64,000 nt of DNA from Candidatus Nomurabacteria bacterium (lineage in GTDB: Bacteria > Patescibacteriota > Minisyncoccia > Phycocordibacterales > UBA918). The notes beneath the pieces are model-generated. The model made no database searches and was not told the DNA's origin. It saw only the letters and a list, made by a program, of their open reading frames with translations. The translations under genes and the position numbers were made by a program. Each line of letters opens with the position of its first letter. Positions within the stretch are counted from its first letter, which is position 1. The DNA is taken from contig JACKGF010000001.1 in assembly GCA_020632095.1 (NCBI GenBank), positions 802,141 to 866,140 on the forward strand. The letters are read 5' to 3'. Shown here one piece after another: positions 27,335-37,320 of the stretch.

Positions 27335-27949
27335 ATGAAACAACAAGTATTTTATATTCATGGGGGGAATGCTTATACCCGGTATGAAGATTTATTGGCT
27401 GATTTAAGGACAGCTACCATCTATGATTTGCCTTGGGATAAGCCAGTGGTGCGTTGGACTAATACTTTACGCGAAGATCTTGGGGATTCTTATGAAGTAT
27501 TCAAGCCTACGATGCCAAACAGTAAGAATTCTAAGTATCAAGAGTGGAGGATTTGGTTTGAGCGGCACTTTGAATATTTGCACGACGACATAATTTTGGT
27601 TGGCTGGTCACAAGGGGGAATGTTTCTAACTAAGTATTTACTCGAAGAAACCTTACCTTTTAGTGTTAAAGCCTTGTTTTTAATAGCTGCACCGTTTAAG
27701 GCGGATGATTTTGGGGGTGAAGATGGTGGAGATTTTATTTTTGATGTAACTAGAGTAGGGGAGTTGGCTGAAAAGGTCGGTAAAATAAGCATTTTCCACT
27801 CAAAAGACGACTTTGTAGTGCCATATGAACATGCTTTGAAATATAAAGAAGTATTGCCGGAGGCGGAATTTGTTAGCTTCGAGGATAAAAACCACTTTTT
27901 AGTGGCGGAATTACCGGAATTGATAGAGAGGATTAAGGATATTGGGTAG
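27335..27949 (+). CDS. alpha/beta-hydrolase (RBBP9/YdeN-like serine hydrolase)
   Basis: It has the nucleophile elbow GWSQGG and is about 200 aa. Confidence 0.55.
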   Translation: MKQQVFYIHGGNAYTRYEDLLADLRTATIYDLPWDKPVVRWTNTLREDLGDSYEVFKPTMPNSKNSKYQEWRIWFERHFEYLHDDIILVGWSQGGMFLTKYLLEETLPFSVKALFLIAAPFKADDFGGEDGGDFIFDVTRVGELAEKVGKISIFHSKDDFVVPYEHALKYKEVLPEAEFVSFEDKNHFLVAELPELIERIKDIG

Positions 27950-27962
27950 GATAAGGTGGTGA

Positions 27963-28007
27963 AACCGGTCAGAAAATCTTCTTTAGAAGATTTTCTGACC
28001 GGTTTGG
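27963..28007. terminator. bidirectional terminator (nested inverted repeat)
   Basis: aaaccggtcagaaaatcttctttagaagattttctgaccggttt. Confidence 0.6.
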
Positions 28008-28058
28008 GTTGCTTTTGATTAATAATGATTATGTCAAAGACTCTAGCTAAGTTACTCC

Positions 28059-28691
28059 GTGAAAGAATGTGCTTGTTCGTCCGTCTACGTATATAATGGT
28101 CACTACATGGCGGAGCAGACAAATAACAATGTAAGTGACCACGAAGCTCGTTTTTTGAAAGCTTTCGAGGAATATAATGACGCTTTGTTTCGGCACGCGC
28201 ATATGCGTATTAGTAACCGAGAAAAGGCAGTTGACTTGGTGCACGACACGTTCACTAAAGTTTGGTCATATATTCGCGATGGCTACGAGATAGATAACTT
28301 TCGTCCATTTTTATATAAAGTACTCAATAATTTAATTATTGATGAGTATCGCAAACGAAAGGAAGCATCGCTCGATGCCATGCTGGAAGTTGAAGGAGTC
28401 GATGAGGGTTCATTTGAGGAATTGTCGGAGAGTACGGTGGAAGTATTAGCGGCCACTATCGACGGCCGCAAAGCCTTCGAGTTACTTGAAGAACTGCCAG
28501 ACCAATACCGAGAAGTTATTCTCCTTCGTTTCGTCGACCAGCTTGGACCAAGGGAGATCAGTGAGTTGATAGAAGAAAGTGAAAATGTCATCTCGGTTAG
28601 AATCCATCGCGGTCTAAAACTACTAAGGCAGAAAATTGAAGCTAAAGACGAATACGCCGAGGAGCAACGTAAAGCCAAACAAAAAAAATAA
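28059..28691 (+). CDS. ECF-type RNA polymerase sigma factor (sigma-70 regions 2 and 4)
   Basis: Region 2 is DLVHDTFTKVW...FRPFLYKVLNNLIIDEYRKRK. Region 4 is REVILLRFVDQLGPREISELIEESENVISVRIHRGLKLLRQ. The true start is probably the ATG at about 28107. Confidence 0.8.
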   Translation: MKECACSSVYVYNGHYMAEQTNNNVSDHEARFLKAFEEYNDALFRHAHMRISNREKAVDLVHDTFTKVWSYIRDGYEIDNFRPFLYKVLNNLIIDEYRKRKEASLDAMLEVEGVDEGSFEELSESTVEVLAATIDGRKAFELLEELPDQYREVILLRFVDQLGPREISELIEESENVISVRIHRGLKLLRQKIEAKDEYAEEQRKAKQKK

Positions 28692-28698
28692 CAACAAC

Positions 28699-30120
28699 AT
28701 GAAACGATTTAGCGAACAGCTACATAAAAAGGCCATGACTGTAAAATTACAGGCGGCTGAAAAAAATGAACTGCGAGAGCGGTTGGTTTCATATATGGAA
28801 TATCACCCGTTGCCGGCTGAGCTAAAGACTGTCCCAGAGAAAAACACTTTGGCTTCCAAGGTACCAATTTTTGCTGAGCCATTCCGAGTGGTAACACTAC
28901 CTTTTTCAATAATATTTAAATCTTCGGCGGTAGCAGCAGCTCTAGTGTTGATTGTGATCCCTTTTGTAGCGGAAAAAGCTGTACCAGGGGATACTTTGTA
29001 TGCAGTTAAGGTTGGTTTTAATGAAGGGTTGCGTAGCACCCTTACTTTTGACTCATATCAGAAAGTTGAGTGGGAAACTAAGATGCTTAATCGTCGGATT
29101 GCCGAGGTTCATTTGCTAGAAAGCGAAGGACGTTTGACTGATGAGATTGAAGCTGAAGTGGCAGAAGCGGTGAAGACTCACACTGAGAACGCACAGCGGG
29201 AAATTGAGGCTTTACGAACTGAAGATGCTGATGCAGCGACGATTGCTTCTATTGCTTTTGACACCACTCTTGAAGTGCAATCAAATTCTCTTCGAAATGG
29301 GGAAGGAGTAGATGTGGTCGAGGGAGATTTGGAAGCGTTTTCTTCACGAGGATCTAGTTTGATTGCTGGGGTGATTGATAAATCTCGAAGTGAATCTGAG
29401 GCTAAGAACGCGTCTACTACACTACCGTCTTATGATAAGTTGATGGCTCGGGTGGAGCAAAATACCACTCGTATATACGAGCTTCTAGATAGTATCAAAC
29501 AAACTACCGACTCAACTCAACTGGTTGATGTGACTAGGCGGATTGAAGACATTGAGCGTTCTATTCAAGCTGTAATCGAACAGTCTGATGAAGATGGTGT
29601 TCAGGCTAGGAAAGATTTGGTAGGAATTTTGCAACGGACACAAAAACTGATTGTCTTTGTAACAGAGTTAGATATTTCTAACACGGTTGATATTGAAACT
29701 TTAGTACCAGTAGTAATGACTGAGGCAGAAGAGTTGGCGGTCACTGAACGGATGACAAATGAATTGAATACAAAATTAGAAAAAATTGAGCTAGTGCTAG
29801 CTACTATGAAGGAAGGTGATGTGAAGGCTAAGGTGAAGTTTGCGGTCAACTCAATAACAGAGTCTTCAGTAAAGATGGGAGAGTCAACAGAGTTTACCAA
29901 CTTCGAGGCAATTGCTAAGGATGCTCTTGTCTTAGCAAACGATACAATTACTTTACTTGAACAAAATAAGTATAATCTGAATCAGAGTATTGAGTCTGAA
30001 ACAGCTTCTTCAACTGAGGCTGTGGGTGGAAGAGGAACCACGACTGCTTCTTCAACTATTGAAACTCCAGTAGTTGAGTCTGTATCTACAGAAAGAGGTA
30101 CTTCCATGGAGTGGGAATAA
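28699..30120 (+). CDS. putative anti-sigma factor (single TM, DUF5667-like extracytoplasmic domain)
   Basis: It follows the sigma gene. It has a TM helix (AALVLIVIPFV) and the PGDTLYAVKVGFNEGLRS motif of DUF5667 partners. The listed ORF starts at 28636 but the likely ATG is at 28699. Confidence 0.5.
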   Translation: MKRFSEQLHKKAMTVKLQAAEKNELRERLVSYMEYHPLPAELKTVPEKNTLASKVPIFAEPFRVVTLPFSIIFKSSAVAAALVLIVIPFVAEKAVPGDTLYAVKVGFNEGLRSTLTFDSYQKVEWETKMLNRRIAEVHLLESEGRLTDEIEAEVAEAVKTHTENAQREIEALRTEDADAATIASIAFDTTLEVQSNSLRNGEGVDVVEGDLEAFSSRGSSLIAGVIDKSRSESEAKNASTTLPSYDKLMARVEQNTTRIYELLDSIKQTTDSTQLVDVTRRIEDIERSIQAVIEQSDEDGVQARKDLVGILQRTQKLIVFVTELDISNTVDIETLVPVVMTEAEELAVTERMTNELNTKLEKIELVLATMKEGDVKAKVKFAVNSITESSVKMGESTEFTNFEAIAKDALVLANDTITLLEQNKYNLNQSIESETASSTEAVGGRGTTTASSTIETPVVESVSTERGTSMEWE

Positions 30121-30300
30121 GCAGGTCAAGTATTATTGAAATGTTGACTTTTTAAGGATCAAAAAGTATATTAGGAACATATGTCATACGCATATACAAC
30201 AACTGTACAAACAGAAAGGATTGGTCAATCTTGGTTTTTCTTTTTTATGTTTGCTTGCGCTCTCTTTAGCGGGTTGGTTGGTATATAGAATGAAATTATT

Positions 30301-30341
30301 CTCTAAAAATAATCAACCCGCTTTCGCCAGAAAGCGGGTTG
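30301..30341 (+). terminator. intrinsic terminator
   Basis: aatcaacccgctttcgccagaaagcgggttgattatttttt. Confidence 0.65.
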
Positions 30342-30372
30342 ATTATTTTTTGGGAAGAAGGGAAAGGGGTGA

Positions 30373-30414
30373 GGTCGGGTGGATAATTGAAGGCCTTCAA
30401 TTATCCACCCGACC
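30373..30414. repeat. 42-bp perfect palindrome with no spacer
   Basis: ggtcgggtggataattgaagg|ccttcaattatccacccgacc. Confidence 0.6.
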
Positions 30415-30585
30415 AACCAGTTGTTCGCTGCTGGTATTGGAACAAGGAGATTCCAGTGTCGTCAGCGGATTGCAGGTCGTCCTTGGACGCAAGAGCAGCC
30501 GTAAAAAGTAGGACCTGAAAAGGACGACCTGCGAGGTTCTATACAATTCTGGATCAACCAGATATAAACTGATGGAGGGAAGGTT

Positions 30586-31569
30586 ATGAAAGGCATTGAA
30601 AATTTTGTTAGTCACATTGGTTCAGAATTAGAGATTTGGCTTAGGTATAGAGAAAAGGAACTACCCAAAGTCTCTGTTTTTGGAGGTGCTGTAAAGTGTG
30701 AGGCTTCACCCGATATGTGTGAGGGGGTAACTGAGCCACGTCAATCAGTTGTTGAGTCTGTCGGCATCTTGAGAGAGATGTTGAGGCAGATTGGTAAAAC
30801 AAATGTGATTTTAACTTCAAGGAGACCGGCATATCTGGTAAATGATAGTGAAGACTATTGGAGTAATGCCGAACGCTACAATCAGTTAAGGGAGAAGTTA
30901 GCAGAGGAAGCTGTTCCCAGTTTTGCACACTTGATAGATGCTATGGTTCACAATTGCTCATTTCAGTTAAGTATGAGCGGTTTCTTTGATCCACGTGTTG
31001 CCGGTGTATTCCTGATTAACATCTTCAATAATATGTTTCCGTACTTCGCTCAAGTAATCCATAGGGAGGTTGGACAAGGGTATGGACATTTGGCGGTGTG
31101 GCAAAAGTTTGCTGGTGCTGGACGTCTTCCTGATCCTAACCGCTGGCCTGCTGATTTTGATGCTATGGCCGAGTTCATTAGTAGGATACCTCGCATCTTG
31201 AGTGCTGACGGAGGAGTGGTGCCAGCTGGTCAAATGATGAGTGTTGATTGTCCGCTGGATCTCAGTACCTTGTGGTGGCATGTGAGATTCAAAATCTCAC
31301 CAGCAGGCGTGCCGTATATTGAGTTTCGTGGTATGCCTTCAATGTCTCTTGAACATTGTCAAAAGTTTGGCCAGATGTTGGTCGACGCTGTCAATGTGTT
31401 GTTGACTTGGTTTTACGGCGCGAACAAAGGTCGTCCAGTTAGCACTCTAAGAGAAGCTCGTCCAGCGTTTGAGTTTTTGGCGGATTGTTTCCGTGGAACT
31501 GCTTATCAAGGGTATTTTCCAGATAGGCCGCAAACTGAGGAGGAGTGGAGGGGGTCTATTCTCAAGTGA
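30586..31569 (+). CDS. hypothetical protein (327 aa), GC elevated (about 48-50%)
   Basis: I recognise no family. It is co-oriented with the downstream amidotransferase. Confidence 0.45.
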   Translation: MKGIENFVSHIGSELEIWLRYREKELPKVSVFGGAVKCEASPDMCEGVTEPRQSVVESVGILREMLRQIGKTNVILTSRRPAYLVNDSEDYWSNAERYNQLREKLAEEAVPSFAHLIDAMVHNCSFQLSMSGFFDPRVAGVFLINIFNNMFPYFAQVIHREVGQGYGHLAVWQKFAGAGRLPDPNRWPADFDAMAEFISRIPRILSADGGVVPAGQMMSVDCPLDLSTLWWHVRFKISPAGVPYIEFRGMPSMSLEHCQKFGQMLVDAVNVLLTWFYGANKGRPVSTLREARPAFEFLADCFRGTAYQGYFPDRPQTEEEWRGSILK

Positions 31570-31693
31570 CCGAACCGGTGGTGCGAAGCACCACCGGTTT
31601 ACAACCCTTCATCAGTTTTAGTTCCCAGATCGGAAGTGCTTAACTTCTGATTTGAGAACTGATGCGTAGTATTATTAAAGTGTATTAAGAAGT

Positions 31694-32503
31694 ATGAGAC
31701 CGAAAATTTTAGCCATTCAATTCCGGATTAACAAACTAATGATTGCAACTGAGCGAGCTAGTATTGAGCGTGAGGCGGGTGTTTATACCGATATAACATT
31801 TATTGATGTCCTTGACGATGGTAACGATTGGGGAAACCCAGAAAAAATGATGCTTGGTTATGACGGAGTGATTCTCGGCGGTTCGGGTGACTTTGATTTC
31901 GATGGCAATCGTCCAGCTGATGATGAATCTCGAATTATGACTTATTCAATCTTGAATAAACTCAGGCTACTGTTTCAATATATTTTTGATAATGACATAC
32001 CCACCTTGGGTATTTGTTATGGCCACCAACTTCTCGGTGCCTTTGCTGGAGCCCAAGTACGGTATGATGCTACGCAAAGAAAAACCTGTTCTCATATGGT
32101 TAAATTGATGGTAAGTCAAAATGATCATTTTTTGTTCTCAGATTTACCAGATAGTTTTCCGGCACATTATGCCCATAAAGACACCCTCGACCGAGTACCA
32201 GAAGGGGCGGTGCTAGTACTTGAGGGAGGAGATAGGTGCAAGGTAGCTGCTCTACAGTATAGAAATAACATTTATTCCACCCAGTTTCATCCAGAATTAA
32301 ACTATAAGGATGCTGTGGAACGAATGAAAAATTCCCCCGGTTATTTGCCTGAGGGAATAATTACTGAGGAAATATTCTTAGATAATCCTGATTCGAATAA
32401 GATAATGCAGAATTTTAGTAAGTTTGTAGCGCAACAAGCTGAATTTAAGAAAGAACAAAGTGTAGTAAGCGAAGTTGTGGCGGAGATGGCGGAGGGGGTG
32501 TAG
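31694..32503 (+). CDS. class-I glutamine amidotransferase-like protein
   Basis: It has the catalytic Cys in GICYGHQLL and STQFHPE. Confidence 0.65.
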   Translation: MRPKILAIQFRINKLMIATERASIEREAGVYTDITFIDVLDDGNDWGNPEKMMLGYDGVILGGSGDFDFDGNRPADDESRIMTYSILNKLRLLFQYIFDNDIPTLGICYGHQLLGAFAGAQVRYDATQRKTCSHMVKLMVSQNDHFLFSDLPDSFPAHYAHKDTLDRVPEGAVLVLEGGDRCKVAALQYRNNIYSTQFHPELNYKDAVERMKNSPGYLPEGIITEEIFLDNPDSNKIMQNFSKFVAQQAEFKKEQSVVSEVVAEMAEGV

Positions 32504-32762
32504 GGATTTTTGGGCACCAGATTGCTGTATAAATTCAGACAAGAGAAAAGCCGCTCGGTCCCAACCGAACGGCTTTCTCTAAATTCTGTGAATTACGTAA
32601 TTCTGCTTCATTCTCGAAAGAACAGTCTTCCTGCGGCCATAAATGCATCCGAGGAACGAACATCATACACCCACTCTTTGCTGTAAAAAGTGATGACCTG
32701 TGTACATTGAGTCTCTAGTGAATATTTGTTAAGGTTACAACATATTAGATAAGATTTACCTT

Positions 32763-33875
32763 ATGTTTGACCAAATGTCCGCCAATGCCATAACTGGTCT
32801 TCTGCCTAGTTTGACCTATTCCTTACCTTATTTTGGTGAGGTTAATTTCCAGAGAGTGGTTGGAGCAGTAATTGTTTTTGTTGTTCTGACCTTAGGTTTT
32901 TGGATTTTGCGTATGATAATTCTCACACGAGCTAGGATGTTGGCTGAAAAAACCTCGGGCCTTCTTGATGATGTGGTGGTTGACGCTATTCAAAATATTC
33001 GTGCTTGGGTATACAGTTTGGTGGCTCTATACGCGGCTCTGCAATTCTTCTCCTTTCCAACCGTGGTAGATAAAGTGTTTGCAGGCATATTCTACTTCGC
33101 CATTGTTTGGCAAGCGATTGAAGTTGCTAGTCGATTTGTTGAATACTTCACTACTCAGTATATGGAAAAAGATGAAGATGGTGATGGAATAATTGACCCT
33201 AATTCAGCCACTGCTTCCCATATGGTGACTTTAATCGCGCGGATAGTACTTTGGTCACTCGGAACTTTGTTTGTCTTATCAAATCTTGGTATCGAAATCA
33301 CCTCTTTGATTGCTGGCTTGGGGATTGGTGGGGTAGCGGTAGCCTTTGCTTTGCAGGGAGTGCTTGGTGATTTGTTTGCTTCTTTCTCAATTTACTTTGA
33401 TAAGCCATTTCGAATTGGAGATTTTATTGTGATTGGAAATGACTTAGGTACAGTGGAGAAAATTGGTATTAAATCGACTCGAATCAAAACTTTGCAAGGA
33501 GAAGAATTGGTGGTGTCTAATGCTGAATTAACATCAACTAGAGTACAGAATTTCAAGAAGATGGAACATCGTCGAATTGTAATTAAATTCGGTGTTACCT
33601 ACGAAACCCCACAGGAAAAAGTACGAGAAATTCCAAGTGTAGTCACTAAAATATTTGAGTCTATAGAAAACGCAGCTTTGGACCGAGCCCACTTTATAAG
33701 TTTTGGCGATTCAGCATTGATTTTTGAAGTGGTATATATTGTAGATACTCCTGATTACAATGAGTATATGGACATTCAACAAGCTTTCAATTTTGCTTTA
33801 CTGAAGCAGTTGAATGATTTAGGTATCAATTTTGCATATCCGACTCAGACTCTATATACCAAGGTTATCTCCTAA
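32763..33875 (+). CDS. small-conductance mechanosensitive channel (MscS family)
   Basis: It has N-terminal TM helices and FRIGDFIVIGNDLGTVEKIGIKSTRIKTLQGEELVVSNAEL. Confidence 0.8.
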   Translation: MFDQMSANAITGLLPSLTYSLPYFGEVNFQRVVGAVIVFVVLTLGFWILRMIILTRARMLAEKTSGLLDDVVVDAIQNIRAWVYSLVALYAALQFFSFPTVVDKVFAGIFYFAIVWQAIEVASRFVEYFTTQYMEKDEDGDGIIDPNSATASHMVTLIARIVLWSLGTLFVLSNLGIEITSLIAGLGIGGVAVAFALQGVLGDLFASFSIYFDKPFRIGDFIVIGNDLGTVEKIGIKSTRIKTLQGEELVVSNAELTSTRVQNFKKMEHRRIVIKFGVTYETPQEKVREIPSVVTKIFESIENAALDRAHFISFGDSALIFEVVYIVDTPDYNEYMDIQQAFNFALLKQLNDLGINFAYPTQTLYTKVIS

Positions 33876-33931
33876 TGTTAGTAATTATCTTAGTAAAAAC
33901 AGCAGTGTTACGACACTGCTGTTTTTGCTAA

Positions 33932-35023
33932 CTAATTTTGACTCTGTTGGAGGATGGCTACCAGAAAAGGGGTGAGGGTGTTGGCATAGATTTGGGCGCG
34001 GTAGGGCAGGTTACCATTGAGGTTTTCTTTTAGGGAGAAGCCAGTTTCTTGTTTGATAGTTCTATCTATATGAGATAGAGTGATGGCTCGTAAGCTGCCT
34101 TTACCATCTGTGGAGTCATCACCGCGTGTAGAAATCATGCCAATGACTGCGCCCGCTTCATTTAAGACAGGTCCGCCAGAAGAACCTTCCGCCCCGACCG
34201 AACTGCCGCGAATAGAGAAGACATCGGCGTAATTAGAACCAAAGGTATATAACTCGGAAATAGAAGTGGTGGCTCGCTTGGGAATTAGGTCAGCACTAGC
34301 ACCGTGGGCGATTAAGTCGCTAGCGGGGTAGCCAGCAGCTAGGACAGGATGGTTTTTGATTGAGGTGACTAAAAGTGAAGTGTCGAAATCAAGAGCTGGA
34401 AAAATGGCTGGTAATGGAGTGTTTCCGATGCTGGAACTAACGTAAAGCAGGGCATAATCACGTTCGCCAGTACCCATTGGGACAGCATCATTAATAACTT
34501 TTGCATTGTTTTGTATCCAAGCTGGCGGTAGGTAGAGTAGTTTAGCGTGATATTTTGGTGAAGCCGGGTTGCCGCTTCTAACGATACATTCAGTATGTCC
34601 ATCTTTCTCGGTGGCTTCAAGAAGGAGAAATTGAGCGACATGAGCGTTGGTCATAATGACACCGTCTGGGTCGATAAAGAAACCAGTGCCGGTAGTGGTA
34701 CGAATGTACTTACTAGTGGTAAAGGTACAGAAAATATTAACTATGGCGTCTAAGGGTTCTCGGGTGTTGGCTCCACTTAAGTCGCTGGCGCTACCAAGAG
34801 CGGCTTGTTGATATTCAGCACTACGGAGGAAAATGTCAGGAATCACTTGTCCGATAAGACTTGGTAGGGAGGTGATTTTTTCTATTACATCCGGCTCATT
34901 TTTAACTACTGCTATCGAAGTTTCTTCAGATGGCAATAGAGCGATTATTTCGTTGGCAAGAAAGTTTGTAAAAGTTAAGTAAGCAGTCAGAATAGCGACT
35001 AGAAAATCGGTAAGAAAATGCAT
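33932..35023 (-). CDS. membrane-anchored trypsin-like (S1) serine protease
   Basis: It has an N-terminal TM helix and the MTNAHV (His), GERDYALL (Asp) and EGSSGGPVL (Ser) motifs. Confidence 0.7.
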   Translation of the reverse strand: MHFLTDFLVAILTAYLTFTNFLANEIIALLPSEETSIAVVKNEPDVIEKITSLPSLIGQVIPDIFLRSAEYQQAALGSASDLSGANTREPLDAIVNIFCTFTTSKYIRTTTGTGFFIDPDGVIMTNAHVAQFLLLEATEKDGHTECIVRSGNPASPKYHAKLLYLPPAWIQNNAKVINDAVPMGTGERDYALLYVSSSIGNTPLPAIFPALDFDTSLLVTSIKNHPVLAAGYPASDLIAHGASADLIPKRATTSISELYTFGSNYADVFSIRGSSVGAEGSSGGPVLNEAGAVIGMISTRGDDSTDGKGSLRAITLSHIDRTIKQETGFSLKENLNGNLPYRAQIYANTLTPFLVAILQQSQN

Positions 35024-35113
35024 ATTGCCAAGTATACCATCAGATTTTTTGAAACGGGTAGGTAATTAAGATTATTATAAGAAAAATCCTGCATCGGTAA
35101 GATGCAGGGGGGA

Positions 35114-35710
35114 TCAAAGGAGCGATTTTTTTGTTGAAGGAAGAACAAATATCCATGCACAATTCTTCCCGTATTTTGTATCTGGATTTGCGTGATAAAT
35201 ACCAATTTTTTTAATTCCGAAATCATTCCACAGTTGGTGTACTTTGAGACTGCCAGCTGGTTCAATTAGAGGAGTCATGGCTACCAAACAAGCTTCGTCC
35301 AGTGCAAGTAAACCAGGGTTTTGTATCCACAGGTCATAACTTACCCAGGAAGGACAAAGATTTAAACCGACGGCTAAAGCTTTGGTGTAAATCATTTTTA
35401 GGGTAGACCCGTCAGGTAACCCAAGGTCTGAGACCGTAATTTTGGTAAAACTATGTTGCTCTAGCCCAATTACAGGCTTTAAGTCTTCCTGTTTAATAAG
35501 GCTAAGTAAACCTGGGGTCGCAATGATTTTCTTACTAACCATTTCATGACGAAGAGTCTCAAGAGAAATATGCGCCAACCGAAAGCCTGTTTGCCAGAGA
35601 CTAAATGCGGCCCTATTTTTATCAGTAGGGCGCCTTATTGCTCCGGAGATTACTGGCAGACATTTTGTCGGCTTGTCTGAATTTTTAATCAAATACATTA
35701 ATACCTCCAC
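35114..35710 (-). CDS. hypothetical protein (198 aa)
   Basis: ORF co-oriented with its neighbours. No family recognised. Confidence 0.45.
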   Translation of the reverse strand: MEVLMYLIKNSDKPTKCLPVISGAIRRPTDKNRAAFSLWQTGFRLAHISLETLRHEMVSKKIIATPGLLSLIKQEDLKPVIGLEQHSFTKITVSDLGLPDGSTLKMIYTKALAVGLNLCPSWVSYDLWIQNPGLLALDEACLVAMTPLIEPAGSLKVHQLWNDFGIKKIGIYHANPDTKYGKNCAWIFVLPSTKKSLL

Positions 35711-35979
35711 CGAAGTTGAAAATAGATTTATTGCAGCCTCTAGCTAGTTTTATAGCATAAATAGATATATTGTACAGGATATAATCGGCGAAGTTATAAT
35801 AAATAAGTTTGACGCTTGATTGAAACAAACTGATCAGATTTACGACGTAACTGAAGTTAGTCGAGGTTACTGGCGGTAGAAATAGCAGAAAACTTAGGCT
35901 ATTAACAAAAAAACAGATAGTAGTATAAAAAAAGCCGGCTGGTGGGGACCAGTCGGCGGGTTTTAGAAACGGAGAATTG

Positions 35980-37170
35980 CTATTCAGCAGAAACTTCTTC
36001 CGTGACGGTTTTGATGCGGTACCGCAAGGTGGTTTTGTTAGACAAAACCATGCGATTCCAATCAGTTCTGCCACGTGGAGTGCGATAGCCACTTTCCCAA
36101 CTACTTTGACCCATCCAGTGAGCCACGAATTTGGTTTTATGACCAAACTGGAAATAAGCGGCCTCGTCAGCTCGAATGACAAACTGCACCAATGGCTTCA
36201 GAGTGTACGTAAACAGTTTATGCATATGGTAAGCCTCCACTAGACCAGCTTCCGAATCGGAAACCGACGAGTAGAAATAGCGATACCGAGGCATATCCAG
36301 CACCATTTCCAAAGTTTCGACCGCAATTTTTTCGGTCGAGCCAAGGGACACTGGAGCTTCGTACTCCGCTTTTTCTCCTTGGGGGAGAGTAAAGCCGAGG
36401 GCTTCCAAACGTTGCATTTCACGACGGTAAAATTTTGCTTCGTCGGTAATGCGATTTGAAAGCATCTTCAGCAGAAGATACGGAGCGCCAAATACACTTT
36501 GACGGCGATTGGGGTGCACGTAGTACTTGAAGGAAACTGAGTTGCTAGTCCAGAGCTTGTTTTGTGCCAAGAAGGCATTTTCAGCTCGGGAAGGATCCCA
36601 AACAATGCTGTTCCAACCGTCGTGCCAACGACCGTCGCAGTCAACCAGCATGTAGTTCCGCCAAGCACCAACGGTTTCTTGTTCAGTTTCGAGATTTTTT
36701 GCAATGACCGACTGGTCACGGATTCGAACTGAAAAAGAAAACACGTCTTGATTGGAGGTCAGTCCAGTGATTTGACCAAAGCGGCTTTGGCCAACTTTAC
36801 GCTCACTAGCTTTTTTGACCACCGGCCGACGACTTTTGTAAGTCGGGAGCTCAATGACAGCACCACGCGTGACCAAAGGAACCATAAACGAAAGCAGGTC
36901 CAAGTCAGTGCCGATGAAGTTTTCAGCTTCATCGAGAGCCGGGGTAGGATGACGACCTTCCCAAGAGAAAATCGAACGATTCACCACCGACCGGACAAAA
37001 TCAAGGTCGATATTCTGCGAACGATCAAGAATTACTTGAGCCAGCGGATGAGTGCCGTCGGCAACCGTTTTGACAGTGTTAGCGATCTCGCGATTTTCAT
37101 CTGCATAGTCACAAACAGTAGCTAGATTGGAATACATTTTGCACCTCCTGAGGGCAGTAGTGTTGCGCAC
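35980..37170 (-). CDS. hypothetical protein (about 385-396 aa)
   Basis: Long ORF. The likely start is MYSNLATV at about 37137. No family recognised. Confidence 0.45.
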   Translation of the reverse strand: MRNTTALRRCKMYSNLATVCDYADENREIANTVKTVADGTHPLAQVILDRSQNIDLDFVRSVVNRSIFSWEGRHPTPALDEAENFIGTDLDLLSFMVPLVTRGAVIELPTYKSRRPVVKKASERKVGQSRFGQITGLTSNQDVFSFSVRIRDQSVIAKNLETEQETVGAWRNYMLVDCDGRWHDGWNSIVWDPSRAENAFLAQNKLWTSNSVSFKYYVHPNRRQSVFGAPYLLLKMLSNRITDEAKFYRREMQRLEALGFTLPQGEKAEYEAPVSLGSTEKIAVETLEMVLDMPRYRYFYSSVSDSEAGLVEAYHMHKLFTYTLKPLVQFVIRADEAAYFQFGHKTKFVAHWMGQSSWESGYRTPRGRTDWNRMVLSNKTTLRYRIKTVTEEVSAE

Positions 37171-37320
37171 AGTTGCGCGGGTAGCGTATGGACCAAAGGC
37201 TCATACGCGGGGCTTCTTTAAGAAGAATGTTTCGGTTGTGAAGAACTTACTGCTGGGAACAATAGCGGTAATTCAAAATATAGTAAAACTGTTGACGATT
37301 TTCGACAACTAATCTAAAAT

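Noticed and set aside
33932-37170. Prophage or capsid-protease module reading of the 385-aa, 198-aa and S1-protease operon
   Set aside because: There is no terminase, portal, integrase or tail gene, and no detectable capsid motif. The protease is trypsin-like with a membrane anchor and is not a prohead protease type.
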